Shown here: positions 1-9,541 of the stretch, in pieces
How the letters are laid out: each line of letters begins with the position of its first letter
Numbering within the stretch: the stretch's first letter is position 1
DNA from: Armatimonadota bacterium
GTDB lineage: Bacteria > Armatimonadota > SYMT01
Direction: 5' to 3'
Assembly: GCA_046292385.1 (NCBI GenBank)
Contig: JBKBRF010000007.1
Coordinates: forward strand, 48,728 to 112,727
DNA: 64,000 bases
Program-made: the position numbers and the translations under genes
The notes under the pieces: generated by a model
Told to the model about the DNA's origin: nothing
The model's database searches: none
The model's input: only the letters and a program-made list of their open reading frames with translations

Positions 1-1228
1 GCCGCTCGCCCAGCAGGTCGAGCGCCACGGTGCGCGCGTACATCTCCGCCGCGCTCTCCACCGGGCGCCGGGCGGCGGCGACCACTCGCTCGTCCTGCAG
101 CGTCACGCAGAGCGGCAGGTGGGTAGGGAGCAGGAGCCGCAGGTAGGTTACCAGCTCCGCGGAAGTCTCTTCGTCGACCAGGTCGGTGAAGAAGACGACC
201 AGCGACCGTCGCTTCACGCGGGTGGCGATCTGCTCCAGCGCGCCGCGGTAGTCGACGTGGCAGAGCCGCGCCTCCACGCCGTAGAGCAGCTCCAGGCACT
301 GGCGGAGCTGCGGCTCGCCTTTGCCGAGCGGCAGGTAGGCGTCGACCTCATCCGAGACGATCATCAGCCCCACGCGGTCGCCGGCCCGCAGCGCCACGTG
401 CGCCAGCATCAGGGCGGCGTTGATCGCGTAGTCGAGCTTCGCCAGCTTCCCCACGCGGCCCGCCATCATCCGGCCCGCGTCGAGCACGATCAGCACGTTC
501 TGGCTGCGCTCCACCTCGTAGACGCGGCTCATCGGGCGGTGGCGGCGGGCCGTCGCCTTCCAGTCGATCTGCCGGTACTCGTCGTCCGGGGTGTAGTCCC
601 GGATCCGCTCGAACTCGGTGCCGCGCCCGATGTGGCGGGAGCGGTGGATGCCGAATTCACCCAGGCGGCTGCGGCGCGCCATCAGCTCGTACCGGGCGAC
701 CTCCCGCAGGTCGGGATAGGTGCGCACCTCCGCCGGGGCGGGGAGGGTCCACTGCCGCACCGCCAGTCCCGGCGCGTGCTCCACGCGGAGGTGCAGGTCG
801 CCCAGCTCGTACCGCCCCCGCGCCGGGGAAATGACGTGGTACGTCAGGGTCGCCTCCTCCTGCGACCGCAGGGTGAGCGAGCCGGGCAGCCCTTCCACGT
901 CCCAGGTCGGCGGCAGGGTGTCCTGGATCGTGAGCCGCAGTGGGAAGCGGCTGTAGTTGCGCACCCGCAGCTCCACGCACTCCCGCTCCCCGAGCGAGAG
1001 CCGCTCCGGAGCCAGGCGCACCACCTCCACGTCTTTCGGACGGATCCCCAGCAGCGCGTTGCCCGCCATCAGCACGCCGCAGACCGCCAGGTAGAGCAGC
1101 GCCACCGCGAAGAACGCGGGCGAGACGACCGCCAGCGCCGCCGGCGCCAGCCCCAGCGCCGCCAGCAGCAGCATGCGGCGGCTGGGGAGCACGCGGGAGC
1201 GGAGGGCAGGAGCTTCGGCAGATGACAT
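1..1228 (-). CDS. DUF58 domain-containing protein (MoxR-associated), 3' end runs off the window
   Basis: Not in the ORF track (truncated). Manual translation from ATG 1228 gives an N-terminal TM segment, then GTEFERIRDYTPDDEYRQIDWKATAR and NVLIVLDAGRMM, the typical DUF58 motifs. Confidence 0.9.
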   Translation of the reverse strand, partial: MSSAEAPALRSRVLPSRRMLLLAALGLAPAALAVVSPAFFAVALLYLAVCGVLMAGNALLGIRPKDVEVVRLAPERLSLGERECVELRVRNYSRFPLRLTIQDTLPPTWDVEGLPGSLTLRSQEEATLTYHVISPARGRYELGDLHLRVEHAPGLAVRQWTLPAPAEVRTYPDLREVARYELMARRSRLGEFGIHRSRHIGRGTEFERIRDYTPDDEYRQIDWKATARRHRPMSRVYEVERSQNVLIVLDAGRMMAGRVGKLAKLDYAINAALMLAHVALRAGDRVGLMIVSDEVDAYLPLGKGEPQLRQCLELLYGVEARLCHVDYRGALEQIATRVKRRSLVVFFTDLVDEETSAELVTYLRLLLPTHLPLCVTLQDERVVAAARRPVESAAEMYARTVALDLLGER

Positions 1229-1287
1229 AAGAGCGAAAGGCGGCGGACGCCTAAAGAAGTCCCCCACGCCGCCCCCGATCTCCTCTT

Positions 1288-1641
1288 CGAACCGGATTCA
1301 CCACGGAGCGCACAGAGGGCACCGAGATTTCGAACCGGATTCACCGCAGGGAATTGAACCGCCAAGACGCCAAGCTCGCCAAGAGGGATGGGCCGGGTTC
1401 GCCTGTCGAGTACCGTACAGCGGCCCCGGGCCGAACCGATTTCACCGCAGAGATCGCGGAGAGCGCAGAGGGGACGCAGAGAGGGGAAGAGAGGGTTAGG
1501 CCAGATCCGCTGACGAGTCCGTGAGCGGCCCCGGAGTTTCTCCTTCTGGTTCCCCTCTCTGCGCCCTCTGCGCTCTCTGCGGTGAAATCCCGTTCGGTTC
1601 CTCTCGGTGCCCTCTGTGCGCTCCGTGGTGAATCCGGTTCG
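1288..1641. repeat. Nested inverted-repeat (BIME/REPIN-like) element built from ~9-nt CGCAGAG/CACAGAG units
   Basis: 1288-1327 is the exact reverse complement of 1602-1641 (40 bp). An inner pair at 1438-1487 / 1551-1589 is also inverted. CGCCAAG occurs three times at 1360-1383. Confidence 0.9.
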
Positions 1642-1727
1642 GAGGTCCCGGGGGTGGTTGGCTGCCGGGGAGACACGGTATGATCTTCCTGCGCTTGCCC
1701 GGAACAGGCCGGCGAAGCGTACTGAGG

Positions 1728-2690
1728 ATGCGTGAGTCAGTGGAGCCGTTCTGCCCAGGACGATACGCCGCGATCGATGTCGGGAGCCATTCGGTGCTGC
1801 TCCTGGTGGCCGACGTGGACGAAGAAGGCCGGTTGACGCCGGTGGCAGACGGCGCCCGCGCCACCCGTCTCAGCGAGCGGTACTACATCCGCAAGCGGCT
1901 GAGCCGTCCCGCGCGCGACCGCACCCTGGAGGCGATCTGCGACTTCAGCCGCATCGCGCGCCGCTGCGGCGCGGAGGGGATTGCCGCGGTCGGCACCTCC
2001 GTCCTGCGGGACGCGCCGAACGGCACCGAGTTCCGCTCGCAGGTCCGCCAGGAGTGCGGCCTCCCGATCGAGGTGATCACCGGCGAGCAGGAGGCGGAGC
2101 TGGCCTACGAGGGGAACCTTCACGACCGCCTTCTGCCGGCCTGCGACGGCGAGCGGGTCGTGATCGACGTCGGCGGCGGCAGCACGGAGCTGGTCCGCGG
2201 CATCGGCGGCACCCTCACCTCTCGCGTCAGCTTCCCGATCGGCGCGGTCCGCCTCACGGAGAGCTTCCTCCGGAGCGATCCGCCGTCCGCGGCGGAGTGC
2301 GCGGCGGCGGAGGCGGCGGTGGAGCAGGCGTTCTGCGACGTGGAGCCTCTGCTGCCCGCTTCGGTGCTGATCGGCTCCAGCGGCACGGTCTACAACCTCA
2401 CTCGGGTCGCCATCGCGGGCGGACTGATCCCGGCGGAGAAGGTGCACGGCGCGGCGCTCCCGCATACGCGGGTGGCGGAGCTGGTCGACCTCTTCCGCAG
2501 CCTGCCGATCAAGTTTCGCAAGCGGGTCCCCGGGCTGGAGCCGGAGCGCGCCGACGTGATCTTCGCCGGCGCCATGATCCTCCACCAGGTGATGGCGCGG
2601 CTCTCCGCCACGCAGCTGACCACCAGCAGCAACGGCGTCCGCCACGGCTGCATCTACAACATGGCCCGCCGCGCCCTGCTCAAGCGGTAA
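1728..2690 (+). CDS. Ppx/GppA family exopolyphosphatase
   Basis: Motifs IDVGSHSVLLL, GEQEAELAY, IDVGGGSTE and RADVIFAG. Confidence 0.9.
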   Translation: MRESVEPFCPGRYAAIDVGSHSVLLLVADVDEEGRLTPVADGARATRLSERYYIRKRLSRPARDRTLEAICDFSRIARRCGAEGIAAVGTSVLRDAPNGTEFRSQVRQECGLPIEVITGEQEAELAYEGNLHDRLLPACDGERVVIDVGGGSTELVRGIGGTLTSRVSFPIGAVRLTESFLRSDPPSAAECAAAEAAVEQAFCDVEPLLPASVLIGSSGTVYNLTRVAIAGGLIPAEKVHGAALPHTRVAELVDLFRSLPIKFRKRVPGLEPERADVIFAGAMILHQVMARLSATQLTTSSNGVRHGCIYNMARRALLKR

Positions 2691-2729
2691 GCTGCCGGGC
2701 TGCGCTCGACGAGATGGGTGGCTCGTTAT

Positions 2730-2820
2730 CAGGTTGTCAGGTTACAGGTTGGCAGGTTCCGAACCCCGTCTCCGGAGTGCCTGACTTGCAGCTTGCCAAC
2801 TTGCTAACCTACGAACCTGC
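2730..2820. repeat. Short tandem repeats (CAGGTT x4) with an inverted AACYTRC array
   Basis: CAGGTT at 2730, 2738, 2745 and 2753; AACTTGC/AACCTAC/AACCTGC at 2798-2820. Confidence 0.75.
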
Positions 2821-2877
2821 GTGATGCGACAGGTCCGCCGTCTCTCGGCAGACAATCTCTCACCGGAGGTGGCCTCG

Positions 2878-3774
2878 ATGCGCGTTCTCAAGAGCCTGGG
2901 TGCGGTCCTCATCGGTGCGGCGGTCCTGGCCGCGGCTCCCGGAGCGAGTGAGGAAGGGCGGATGCTGCCGCTGACCCTGCGCCGGCAGGTGGAAGCGGGC
3001 GGCCGGTTTACGCCGCAGGAGACGAAGGTCCGCTGGAAGCCTGCGGAGACGGCGGTGATCGTGATCGACATGTGGGACCGCCACTGGTGCGCCGGCGCGA
3101 ATCGCCGCGGCGCGGAGCTGGCCCCGCGGGCGGACCGCTTCGTCGCCCGCGCCCGGGAAGCGGGAGCACTGATCGTTCACGCCCCCAGCGGCTGCATGGA
3201 GGCGTACCGCGATCATCCCGCCCGCCGCCGCGCCCAGAGCGCCCCGCCTGCCCCGAACCTGCCGGAGGGCATCGAGAAGTGGTGCTACTCGATCCCGGCG
3301 GAGGAGCGCGGCAAGTACCCGCTGGACCAGACCGACGGCGGCTGCGACTGCCAGCCGAAATGCGCCACCAGCAATCCCTGGAAGCGGCAGATGGACGCGA
3401 TCCGCATCCGGGACGAGGACGCGATCAGCGACTCCGGGCCGGAGGTCTGGAACCTGCTGGAGCAGCGCGGCATCCGCAACGTCCTGATTCTGGGGGTCCA
3501 CACCAACATGTGCATCCTGGGCCGCCCGTTCGGGCTGCGGAACATGGCGCGCTTCGGGAAGAACGTCGCGCTCGTCCGCGACCTCACCGACACGATGTAC
3601 AATCCCCGGGCCTGGCCCTACGTCGACCACTTCCGCGGAACCGGGCTGATCGTGGAGCATATCGAGAAGTACGTCTGCCCCACCGTCTCCTCGGAGCAGC
3701 TCCTCGGCGGGAAGCCGTTCCGCTTCCGTGAGGCTCCCACGCCGGAGCCGAAGCGCGGCAGCGACGCGGAATAG
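2878..3774 (+). CDS. Secreted isochorismatase/nicotinamidase-like cysteine hydrolase
   Basis: GGAGG SD, signal peptide, VIVIDMWDRHWC and GVHTNMCILGR motifs. Confidence 0.8.
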   Translation: MRVLKSLGAVLIGAAVLAAAPGASEEGRMLPLTLRRQVEAGGRFTPQETKVRWKPAETAVIVIDMWDRHWCAGANRRGAELAPRADRFVARAREAGALIVHAPSGCMEAYRDHPARRRAQSAPPAPNLPEGIEKWCYSIPAEERGKYPLDQTDGGCDCQPKCATSNPWKRQMDAIRIRDEDAISDSGPEVWNLLEQRGIRNVLILGVHTNMCILGRPFGLRNMARFGKNVALVRDLTDTMYNPRAWPYVDHFRGTGLIVEHIEKYVCPTVSSEQLLGGKPFRFREAPTPEPKRGSDAE

Positions 3775-3782
3775 ACCACGCG

Positions 3783-4094
3783 ATGAACCGGACCACCTTC
3801 AAATTCACGCTCGAGTTCCAGTCGGAAGATCCCCACTCCGACCACGCCCGGCTGGTCGAGTTGCTGAGCCGCGTGCCTGGGGTCGAAGCCGTCGCGACCG
3901 TCGAAGAGATTACCGAAGGCTGCCCGGTCGCCCGCCTGGCCGTCGACACGCACTTCCAGGACTCGCAGCAGGCCTGGAGCCTCTACAACCGGCTTACGCG
4001 GCAAATCCATACCTGCGCCGGCGTCTATCTCTGGAAGCGCGAGTGCCGCCTGGCCGAGATGCACGCGAGCGAAGAGGCGCTGCGGGAGAGCTGA
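3783..4094 (+). CDS. Hypothetical protein (103 aa)
   Basis: Protein-like composition, 8 bp after the upstream gene, followed by a terminator. Confidence 0.7.
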   Translation: MNRTTFKFTLEFQSEDPHSDHARLVELLSRVPGVEAVATVEEITEGCPVARLAVDTHFQDSQQAWSLYNRLTRQIHTCAGVYLWKRECRLAEMHASEEALRES

Positions 4095-4183
4095 ACGCTC
4101 GGCCGGGATGGGGTGGAGAGCGGGGAGGCACGGGTGCGGCAACCCTCACCCGAACCGAAGGTGAACGGCTCGCCGGAAAACAA

Positions 4184-4223
4184 CGCGGCCCGTCCCGGAG
4201 AGGGACGGGCCGCGCTCTTCGTT
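4184..4223. terminator. Intrinsic terminator hairpin between convergent genes
   Basis: 13-bp stem CGCGGCCCGTCCC/GGGACGGGCCGCG with a 5-nt loop and a pyrimidine-rich tail. Confidence 0.7.
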
Positions 4224-4239
4224 CGGACGGCTGCGGAGG

Positions 4240-4770
4240 TTACACACCTGCCTGGTAGAGGGCCTCCAGCCAGTAGTAACCACCATCCGCTCGGATGAGG
4301 GACTCGAGCCAGTGGGTGAAACTGGCTGCGATCGGTCGCCATTCGCGGGGCTGCTCGGAATGGATCCCGTCCAGGACGTGGCCGGTTTCCAGATCGAACG
4401 CGAGGAAATCGCCGGACCCGTTTACACGGGCGAAGACCGCGTAGCGCTCCAGGGCCTCAGTTCCGTAAAAGTCCTCTTCTTCCTCCTGCAGATCCACAAT
4501 CAGCTCGGTCGACGCAATTCCGACCCCGTGCAGGCCGGACTCGTTGACGAACAGGTTGGCGCCGTTGGTGAAGCGCCAGAAGACCTGGAAGTCGACGGGG
4601 AGCTTGCGCCGCAGCCGCGTCTCCGCGGCGGCGACCGCCTGATCCTCCGCCGGAGGGAAGAGCATCACCTCATACCAGTCGGATACGCTGCCGGTCTCGA
4701 CTCGCAGCCCACCGTCCGCATGGATGCGGCGGAGCTCTGCGAGTAACGGCGCCAGAGGATGACTGTCCAC
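4240..4770 (-). CDS. SMI1/KNR4 (SUKH) family protein
   Basis: PPAEDQAVAAAETRLRRKLPVDFQVFWRFTNGA and C-terminal IAASFTHWLE, typical of SMI1/KNR4. Confidence 0.85.
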   Translation of the reverse strand: MDSHPLAPLLAELRRIHADGGLRVETGSVSDWYEVMLFPPAEDQAVAAAETRLRRKLPVDFQVFWRFTNGANLFVNESGLHGVGIASTELIVDLQEEEEDFYGTEALERYAVFARVNGSGDFLAFDLETGHVLDGIHSEQPREWRPIAASFTHWLESLIRADGGYYWLEALYQAGV

Positions 4771-4915
4771 GGAAAGGCTCCTGCACCGGCGCTCCGAGAG
4801 GGGCCGCGCCGGACACCGCTCTGTTCCCCGCCCTGGGCACCGGTTCCTCCCGCCCGGTGCTATCGCGCATCTTTCACACGCCCGGTGGAGCCGCCGCTGC
4901 TCTGCCGGCGCGTCT

Positions 4916-4956
4916 TTTGAAGAGAGCGGACCCCGGGGAGCTCCCCCGGGGTCCGC
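4916..4956 (-). terminator. Hairpin terminator downstream of the DUF4139 gene
   Basis: 13-bp stem 4926-4938/4944-4956 followed by TCTCTTC on the minus strand. Confidence 0.6.
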
Positions 4957-4963
4957 ACCTCGT

Positions 4964-7198
4964 CTAACCTACCGACAGGCTGTCGAGGTACTGCCGCAGC
5001 TCCTGCTGGGCTTCCGCCTCCTGCTGGCGCAGCCGCCGCTGCTCCGCGCGCAGCGTCTCGATCTGCGCCTCCTGCTCGGTCAGCTTCTGCACGTACTGCA
5101 TGTAGAGCGGGCTGTTGCGGTCGAGCCGCTCCATGTTCTGGCGGATGCGGGCCTGCTCCGCGTCGATCTCCTTCAGCTCCGCCTCCACCGCGGCGCGGCG
5201 GCCCTGGAGCTCGGTGATCTTGCGGCGGCGCGTCACCAGCTCTTCCAGGGCACGCTTCACCTCCGGGCTGACGCGGTCGTTCCGCGTGTAGGTGAGGAGG
5301 AGGTCCAGGTCGGCGTCGAGCAGCGCTACCGTCTCCGTAACCGGCCGCTCCGTGCTGACGGTCAGCTTCTCCGTCTCCCCCGGGGCCACCGTCACCCGGA
5401 AGCGGTAGGCCTCCGGCGTGATCTCCGCGGCGGTTTTCGGCTGCGCCAGGTCGAAGCCCTCGTCCTTCGCCTGCTGCACCAGGAGCGTCTTTGCCGTCTT
5501 GCCCTTGTTGCGGAAGCTGTAGGTGCGGGTGAGGTGCTGCTTGCGGGTGATGTGCAGCACGCCGCTCTTGATGCTGATCGTCACGTTCTCCGCGCGGGGC
5601 TGCGGCCCTTCCTGGTCGGCAACCAGGTCGAGGTCCACCGCGTACGCGAGCAGCCGCTCCTCGCCCGGACCGACGTGCCCCACCTGCGCGTCGCCCGCGT
5701 AGGCGTCGTCCTCGAAGACGGTGATCGGCCCGCCGGAGAGGTCGAGCCCGGTGGTGTTCTTCAGCCGGAAGCCGCGGAGCGCGTGCCGGGAATCGGCGCT
5801 CGGATCGAAGATCGAGAGCCGCTCGCCCTGGATGCCGGCGCCGACGATCGGCACCATCGCCGCCTTGCCGCGAGGGAGGGTGACCGGCTGCTGGATGGCG
5901 TACTCGAACAGCTCGCCGCGCTCCGCACCCTCCGCCTGAGCCTGGGTCCCCTCTACGCCCTCAATGGAGAGACCGAGGTCCCGGCGACGCTCCCGGGAAA
6001 GCTGCTCCAGCGCGGCACGGTCGCTCGGCCCCGGCGCTCCCGCGGGTCCCGGCGGGCCCTGCGGTCCCCGGTCCCCGGCAGCGCCCGCCCGCGCGCCCAG
6101 GTTGACGCTGCCGGTAATCTTGGGCATGCGCGCGATCGTAGCGGCCGCCTTGGCATCCTCGAACACTTCTACCGCCTCACCGTAGAGCTGCGGGCGCGGA
6201 GAGCCGACCACCTGCGGCTGCACGACGGGGCGGGGGACGTAGAGCGGCTGGTAGAGGTCCTGGATGAAGCTGATCGGCCGTCCGGAGACGAGCGAGAGCC
6301 GCACGTCGCGCCAGTCCTCCCCCGTCGTGTTCTCCACGATCGCCCAGCCCTGCAGATACGCGCCTCCGGCCCCGTTCGGCGCCGGCGCGGCCGGCTGCTG
6401 ACCGGTGGCAGGCTGCCCGGGGGCGGGCTTGTCGTCCAGCACCAGGCGGTAGCTCGTCTTCCAGACCGGCGTCTCCTGCAGGTAGCCGGCCCGCACCTCC
6501 CGCGCCGCGTCACCGGTGAAGCGCAGCTCTACCTCTCGCTGCTCGTCGGAGAGGCCGGTCGCCAGGAGCGCCAGGCTGTCCCGCAGCTCGCGGTCGAGCC
6601 GCTCGTCCAGCAGCTGCACCTGCTGCACCGCCTCCAGCGGGACCGCCCGCAGGCCGGTCGCCGTCAGCACGTTCAGCACCTCCTGCTCCACCGGCGGGTG
6701 CCCGTCCCGCACCGGCGGCACCACTTTGCTGCTGACGCTGACCAGCCGCCCTTCCACCTGCTCCTTGGCGAGGTGGAGGCGCAGGCGGGCGCCCTGGAAC
6801 TGCCGCAGGAGGGCGCCGAGCGAGACGCTGCTGCCGGTGGCGAGGGCGCGGACCCCGGGGCGGAGGAGGTGCGCGTCCTGCGTCGTGTACGTGACGGGGC
6901 GCACCTGCCCCTGCGGATCGATCAATACCAGGCTCTTCAGGATGTCGTTCACCTGGCCCGCCCGGAACGAGAGCTTGAGCGAGGTGGTGCCGCGGACGGT
7001 GCCGCGCCGCTGGAAGTAGCCGACGCCGCTGCTGAAGAGCACCACGTCCTTCAGCGGCAGCGGCTGCGCGGGGGCGGCGGGGCCGCCCTCCTGCGCCCGC
7101 AGCGGCGCCGCCGCCACCCCGCAGGAAAGCAGCGCGAGCGCCAATAGGGTCAAGCGCGGCGGGACAGTGCGCCGCGCGCGAACGTTCGTAAGGGACAT
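4964..7198 (-). CDS. Secreted DUF4139 domain-containing protein
   Basis: Signal peptide; VVLFSSGVGYF, VNDILKSL, PVWKTSYRL, QGWAIVENTTGEDW and GRPISFIQDLYQP motifs; C-terminal coiled coil. Confidence 0.85.
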   Translation of the reverse strand: MSLTNVRARRTVPPRLTLLALALLSCGVAAAPLRAQEGGPAAPAQPLPLKDVVLFSSGVGYFQRRGTVRGTTSLKLSFRAGQVNDILKSLVLIDPQGQVRPVTYTTQDAHLLRPGVRALATGSSVSLGALLRQFQGARLRLHLAKEQVEGRLVSVSSKVVPPVRDGHPPVEQEVLNVLTATGLRAVPLEAVQQVQLLDERLDRELRDSLALLATGLSDEQREVELRFTGDAAREVRAGYLQETPVWKTSYRLVLDDKPAPGQPATGQQPAAPAPNGAGGAYLQGWAIVENTTGEDWRDVRLSLVSGRPISFIQDLYQPLYVPRPVVQPQVVGSPRPQLYGEAVEVFEDAKAAATIARMPKITGSVNLGARAGAAGDRGPQGPPGPAGAPGPSDRAALEQLSRERRRDLGLSIEGVEGTQAQAEGAERGELFEYAIQQPVTLPRGKAAMVPIVGAGIQGERLSIFDPSADSRHALRGFRLKNTTGLDLSGGPITVFEDDAYAGDAQVGHVGPGEERLLAYAVDLDLVADQEGPQPRAENVTISIKSGVLHITRKQHLTRTYSFRNKGKTAKTLLVQQAKDEGFDLAQPKTAAEITPEAYRFRVTVAPGETEKLTVSTERPVTETVALLDADLDLLLTYTRNDRVSPEVKRALEELVTRRRKITELQGRRAAVEAELKEIDAEQARIRQNMERLDRNSPLYMQYVQKLTEQEAQIETLRAEQRRLRQQEAEAQQELRQYLDSLSVG

Positions 7199-7416
7199 GG
7201 AAGGGTTCTCCCGTCTGGCCGGCGCCGCAGCCCGGCAGCACTGGTGTGGCAACAGAAAGTTGGACGCCGCCCCGCGCGCCAGGGTTACCCCCCCTCTGGC
7301 TTAGCGGCCGGCTCGCTCACTGGTGAGGCCCGACTGGGTGCAAGGGAGAGTGGGAGAAACCGCCCTCGGGAGCAGGGCTCGCTTGCCGGGTACGGTAGCA
7401 TTCCGGGAGCGCCATT

Positions 7417-7501
7417 GAGAAAGAGAATGAGAAGGAGAAAGAGTAGGAGTGTCCGTACCGGAAGGTTCGGATTCATCCCGCATTCTTCCGCCCTCATCCC
7501 T
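7417..7501. repeat. Short tandem repeats (GAGAAA-like hexamers, then TTCATCC-like heptamers)
   Basis: gagaaagagaatgagaaggagaaagagtaggag, then gattcatcccgcattcttccgccctcatccct. Confidence 0.6.
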
Positions 7502-7607
7502 CTAGCTCCCGTGCTCTCCTTTGCACCGACTCAGTTCCGCGTGAGGCGGGCACTGGCGGGGGCGGGGTAAAATAGCTTTCGTCATCGGAACCCAGAGGAG
7601 TGCACCC

Positions 7608-7874
7608 ATGCCGACCGGCAAGTCGGACCAGCCCGCCACTATCCAGGACGTGAAGAACGCCGCCGACGAAGTACTGGCCCGCCTGAGCGGCCCGGAGCTC
7701 ACCGCCTCCGGCCTGTTCCCCTTCGGAATCACGCAGATCGCCATCTCCGTAAAGGCGGGCGACGCCGAGATCAACGTGCAGATCGCCGGACCGGACCACG
7801 CTCACGGGGACGAGGGCGAGTGGTTCGAAGAGGAGATGGGCGATCTGTTCGACGAGGATGACGACGAGCTCTAA
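7608..7874 (+). CDS. Small acidic hypothetical protein
   Basis: GAGGAG SD, TAAAAT-like -10 upstream, host-like codon usage, acidic C-terminal tail. Confidence 0.75.
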   Translation: MPTGKSDQPATIQDVKNAADEVLARLSGPELTASGLFPFGITQIAISVKAGDAEINVQIAGPDHAHGDEGEWFEEEMGDLFDEDDDEL

Positions 7875-8727
7875 CGACACCGCTGCTGTCTCCTCGGTGA
7901 GCGCCGCCCCGGCCAGGCTCCCGCGGCAACCCACGCCTGATCCCGAGCTGGAGTGGCTGATCGAGAGGATCTCCAGCGGGTATGGGTTCGACGTGCGCGC
8001 CTACAAGCGGTCGACGCTCTACCGCCGCATCCGGAAGCGCATGCACGACGCGCGCTGCGGGTCCCCCCGGGAGTATCTCTTGCGCCTGGAGGGGGACCCG
8101 GAGGAGCTGCAGCAGCTCCTCTCCACGCTGCTGATCAACATCACGGAGTTCTTCCGCGATCCCGAAGCGTGGGAAGCGCTGCGCCGGCTCGCGCTGGAGC
8201 CGCTCCTCCAGGACCGTGCTCCGGACCAGCCGGTGCGGGCCTGGAGCGTCGGCTGCGCCACTGGCGAGGAGGCGTACTCCCTCGCCATGCTGCTCTCCGG
8301 CTGGACCGACGCGGGGGGCACGCTCAAGCTGTTCGCCACCGACGTGAGCCAGCCGGCGCTGGCCGCGGCCCGGACCGGCACCTACCCGCACTCCAGCCTC
8401 CGAAACGTCTCTCCGGACCGGCTGGAGCGGTTCTTCGAGCCGCGGACCTTCGGTTACGCCGTCCGGCGAGAGCTGCGCGCCGCCGTCACCTTCGGCGCTC
8501 ACGACATCCTACGCGATCCCCCGATCTCCCGGCTCGATCTACTCGTCTGCCGAAACGTGCTGATCTATCTCGGGCGGGAGGCGCAGCATCAGGTGCTCCG
8601 CCGCTTCCACTACGCCCTCCGCGAAGGCGGCTGCCTCTTCCTGGGGAAGGCGGAGACCCTGATGACGCGCTCCCACCTGTTCGAGCCCCTCGATTCCCGC
8701 TACCGCATCTTCCGACGATTACCCTAG
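7858..8727 (+). CDS. cheR: CheR-type protein-glutamate O-methyltransferase
   Basis: LLINITEFFRDPEAW, RAWSVGCATGEEAYSLAM, LFATD, DLLVCRNVLIY and LFLGKAE motifs. Confidence 0.9.
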   Translation: MTTSSNDTAAVSSVSAAPARLPRQPTPDPELEWLIERISSGYGFDVRAYKRSTLYRRIRKRMHDARCGSPREYLLRLEGDPEELQQLLSTLLINITEFFRDPEAWEALRRLALEPLLQDRAPDQPVRAWSVGCATGEEAYSLAMLLSGWTDAGGTLKLFATDVSQPALAAARTGTYPHSSLRNVSPDRLERFFEPRTFGYAVRRELRAAVTFGAHDILRDPPISRLDLLVCRNVLIYLGREAQHQVLRRFHYALREGGCLFLGKAETLMTRSHLFEPLDSRYRIFRRLP

Positions 8728-8894
8728 CTCCGCTTTCGCCAGCGCGCCCTCCCGAACTGAGAAGCGGAACTCTCTCTGTCCCTCTGTCTCTCCGTCCAGC
8801 CGGCAGGCAGCGGCTCCCACCCCGGGCATGTTTTGAACCCGGACCCGCACGGAAAAATGCGAGTGCCGGGAGCTGAATGTAATGCGGATAGAAC

Positions 8895-9389
8895 ATGCTC
8901 GAAATTAAGCAAAAAGCTGGCGGGAAGGTACTGCTCCGGCTCCGCCAACCGACTCTACGCGGAGCTGATCTCCGGGGGCGGGACCTCTTCTGGGCTGACT
9001 TGCCGGGAACGGATCTTACCGGGGCGATTCTGGAGGACGCGGATATCGGTTACGCCGATCTCACCGGCGCCACGCTGACTTCCGCACGCCTGCACTGCGC
9101 GAACCTTCAGCGCGCGCGCCTGGACCACGCCGTCCTCCATCAGGCCGACCTGCGCCAGGCGAACCTGCGCGGCGCCAGCCTGCGCGGTGCGACCCTGCGG
9201 GGGGCGAACCTGAGCGGAGCCAACCTGGCGGGGGCAGACCTGACCGACGCTGACTGCACCGGCGCCGTGGTGACGGGCGTCTACTACGATCACACCACGC
9301 GCGGGGCGAGCGGATTCCTGACCCGGCTGCACGGCGAGGAGGACGAGGACGACGTGCAGAGCCCGTCCACCAACTCAACGGCGCAGTAG
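8895..9389 (+). CDS. Pentapeptide-repeat protein
   Basis: Tandem A(D/N)LxG repeats (ADLRG, ADLTG, ANLRG, ANLSG, ANLAG). Confidence 0.9.
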   Translation: MLEIKQKAGGKVLLRLRQPTLRGADLRGRDLFWADLPGTDLTGAILEDADIGYADLTGATLTSARLHCANLQRARLDHAVLHQADLRQANLRGASLRGATLRGANLSGANLAGADLTDADCTGAVVTGVYYDHTTRGASGFLTRLHGEEDEDDVQSPSTNSTAQ

Positions 9390-9456
9390 CGATCGCCACG
9401 CCAGGGGTGGATCGGCGCAGGGCACGTCCGGGCTCCCGACAGCCCGCCCTACGAGT

Positions 9457-9501
9457 GAACTCGGGGCTACAGGGAGCGAAGCCCCGAAAGCTTTCGGGGC
9501 T
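9457..9501. repeat. REP-like sequence with a perfect 22-bp palindrome between convergent genes (possible bidirectional terminator)
   Basis: AGCCCCGAAAGCTTTCGGGGCT at 9480-9501, preceded by GAACTCGGGGCTAC. Confidence 0.6.
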
Positions 9502-9541
9502 GCCAAACCGCAGTCTGCGCGGGAAGCCTCTGCTGATTCCT

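Noticed and set aside
119..1225. 368-aa plus-strand ORF, and the many other long antisense or alternate-frame ORFs in the track
   Set aside because: Shadow ORFs caused by high GC. The recognisable genes lie in the opposite strand or another frame (here DUF58 on the minus strand).
1288..1641. Possible CRISPR array
   Set aside because: Repeats are inverted or nested, not direct repeats with regular unique spacers; no cas genes in the window.
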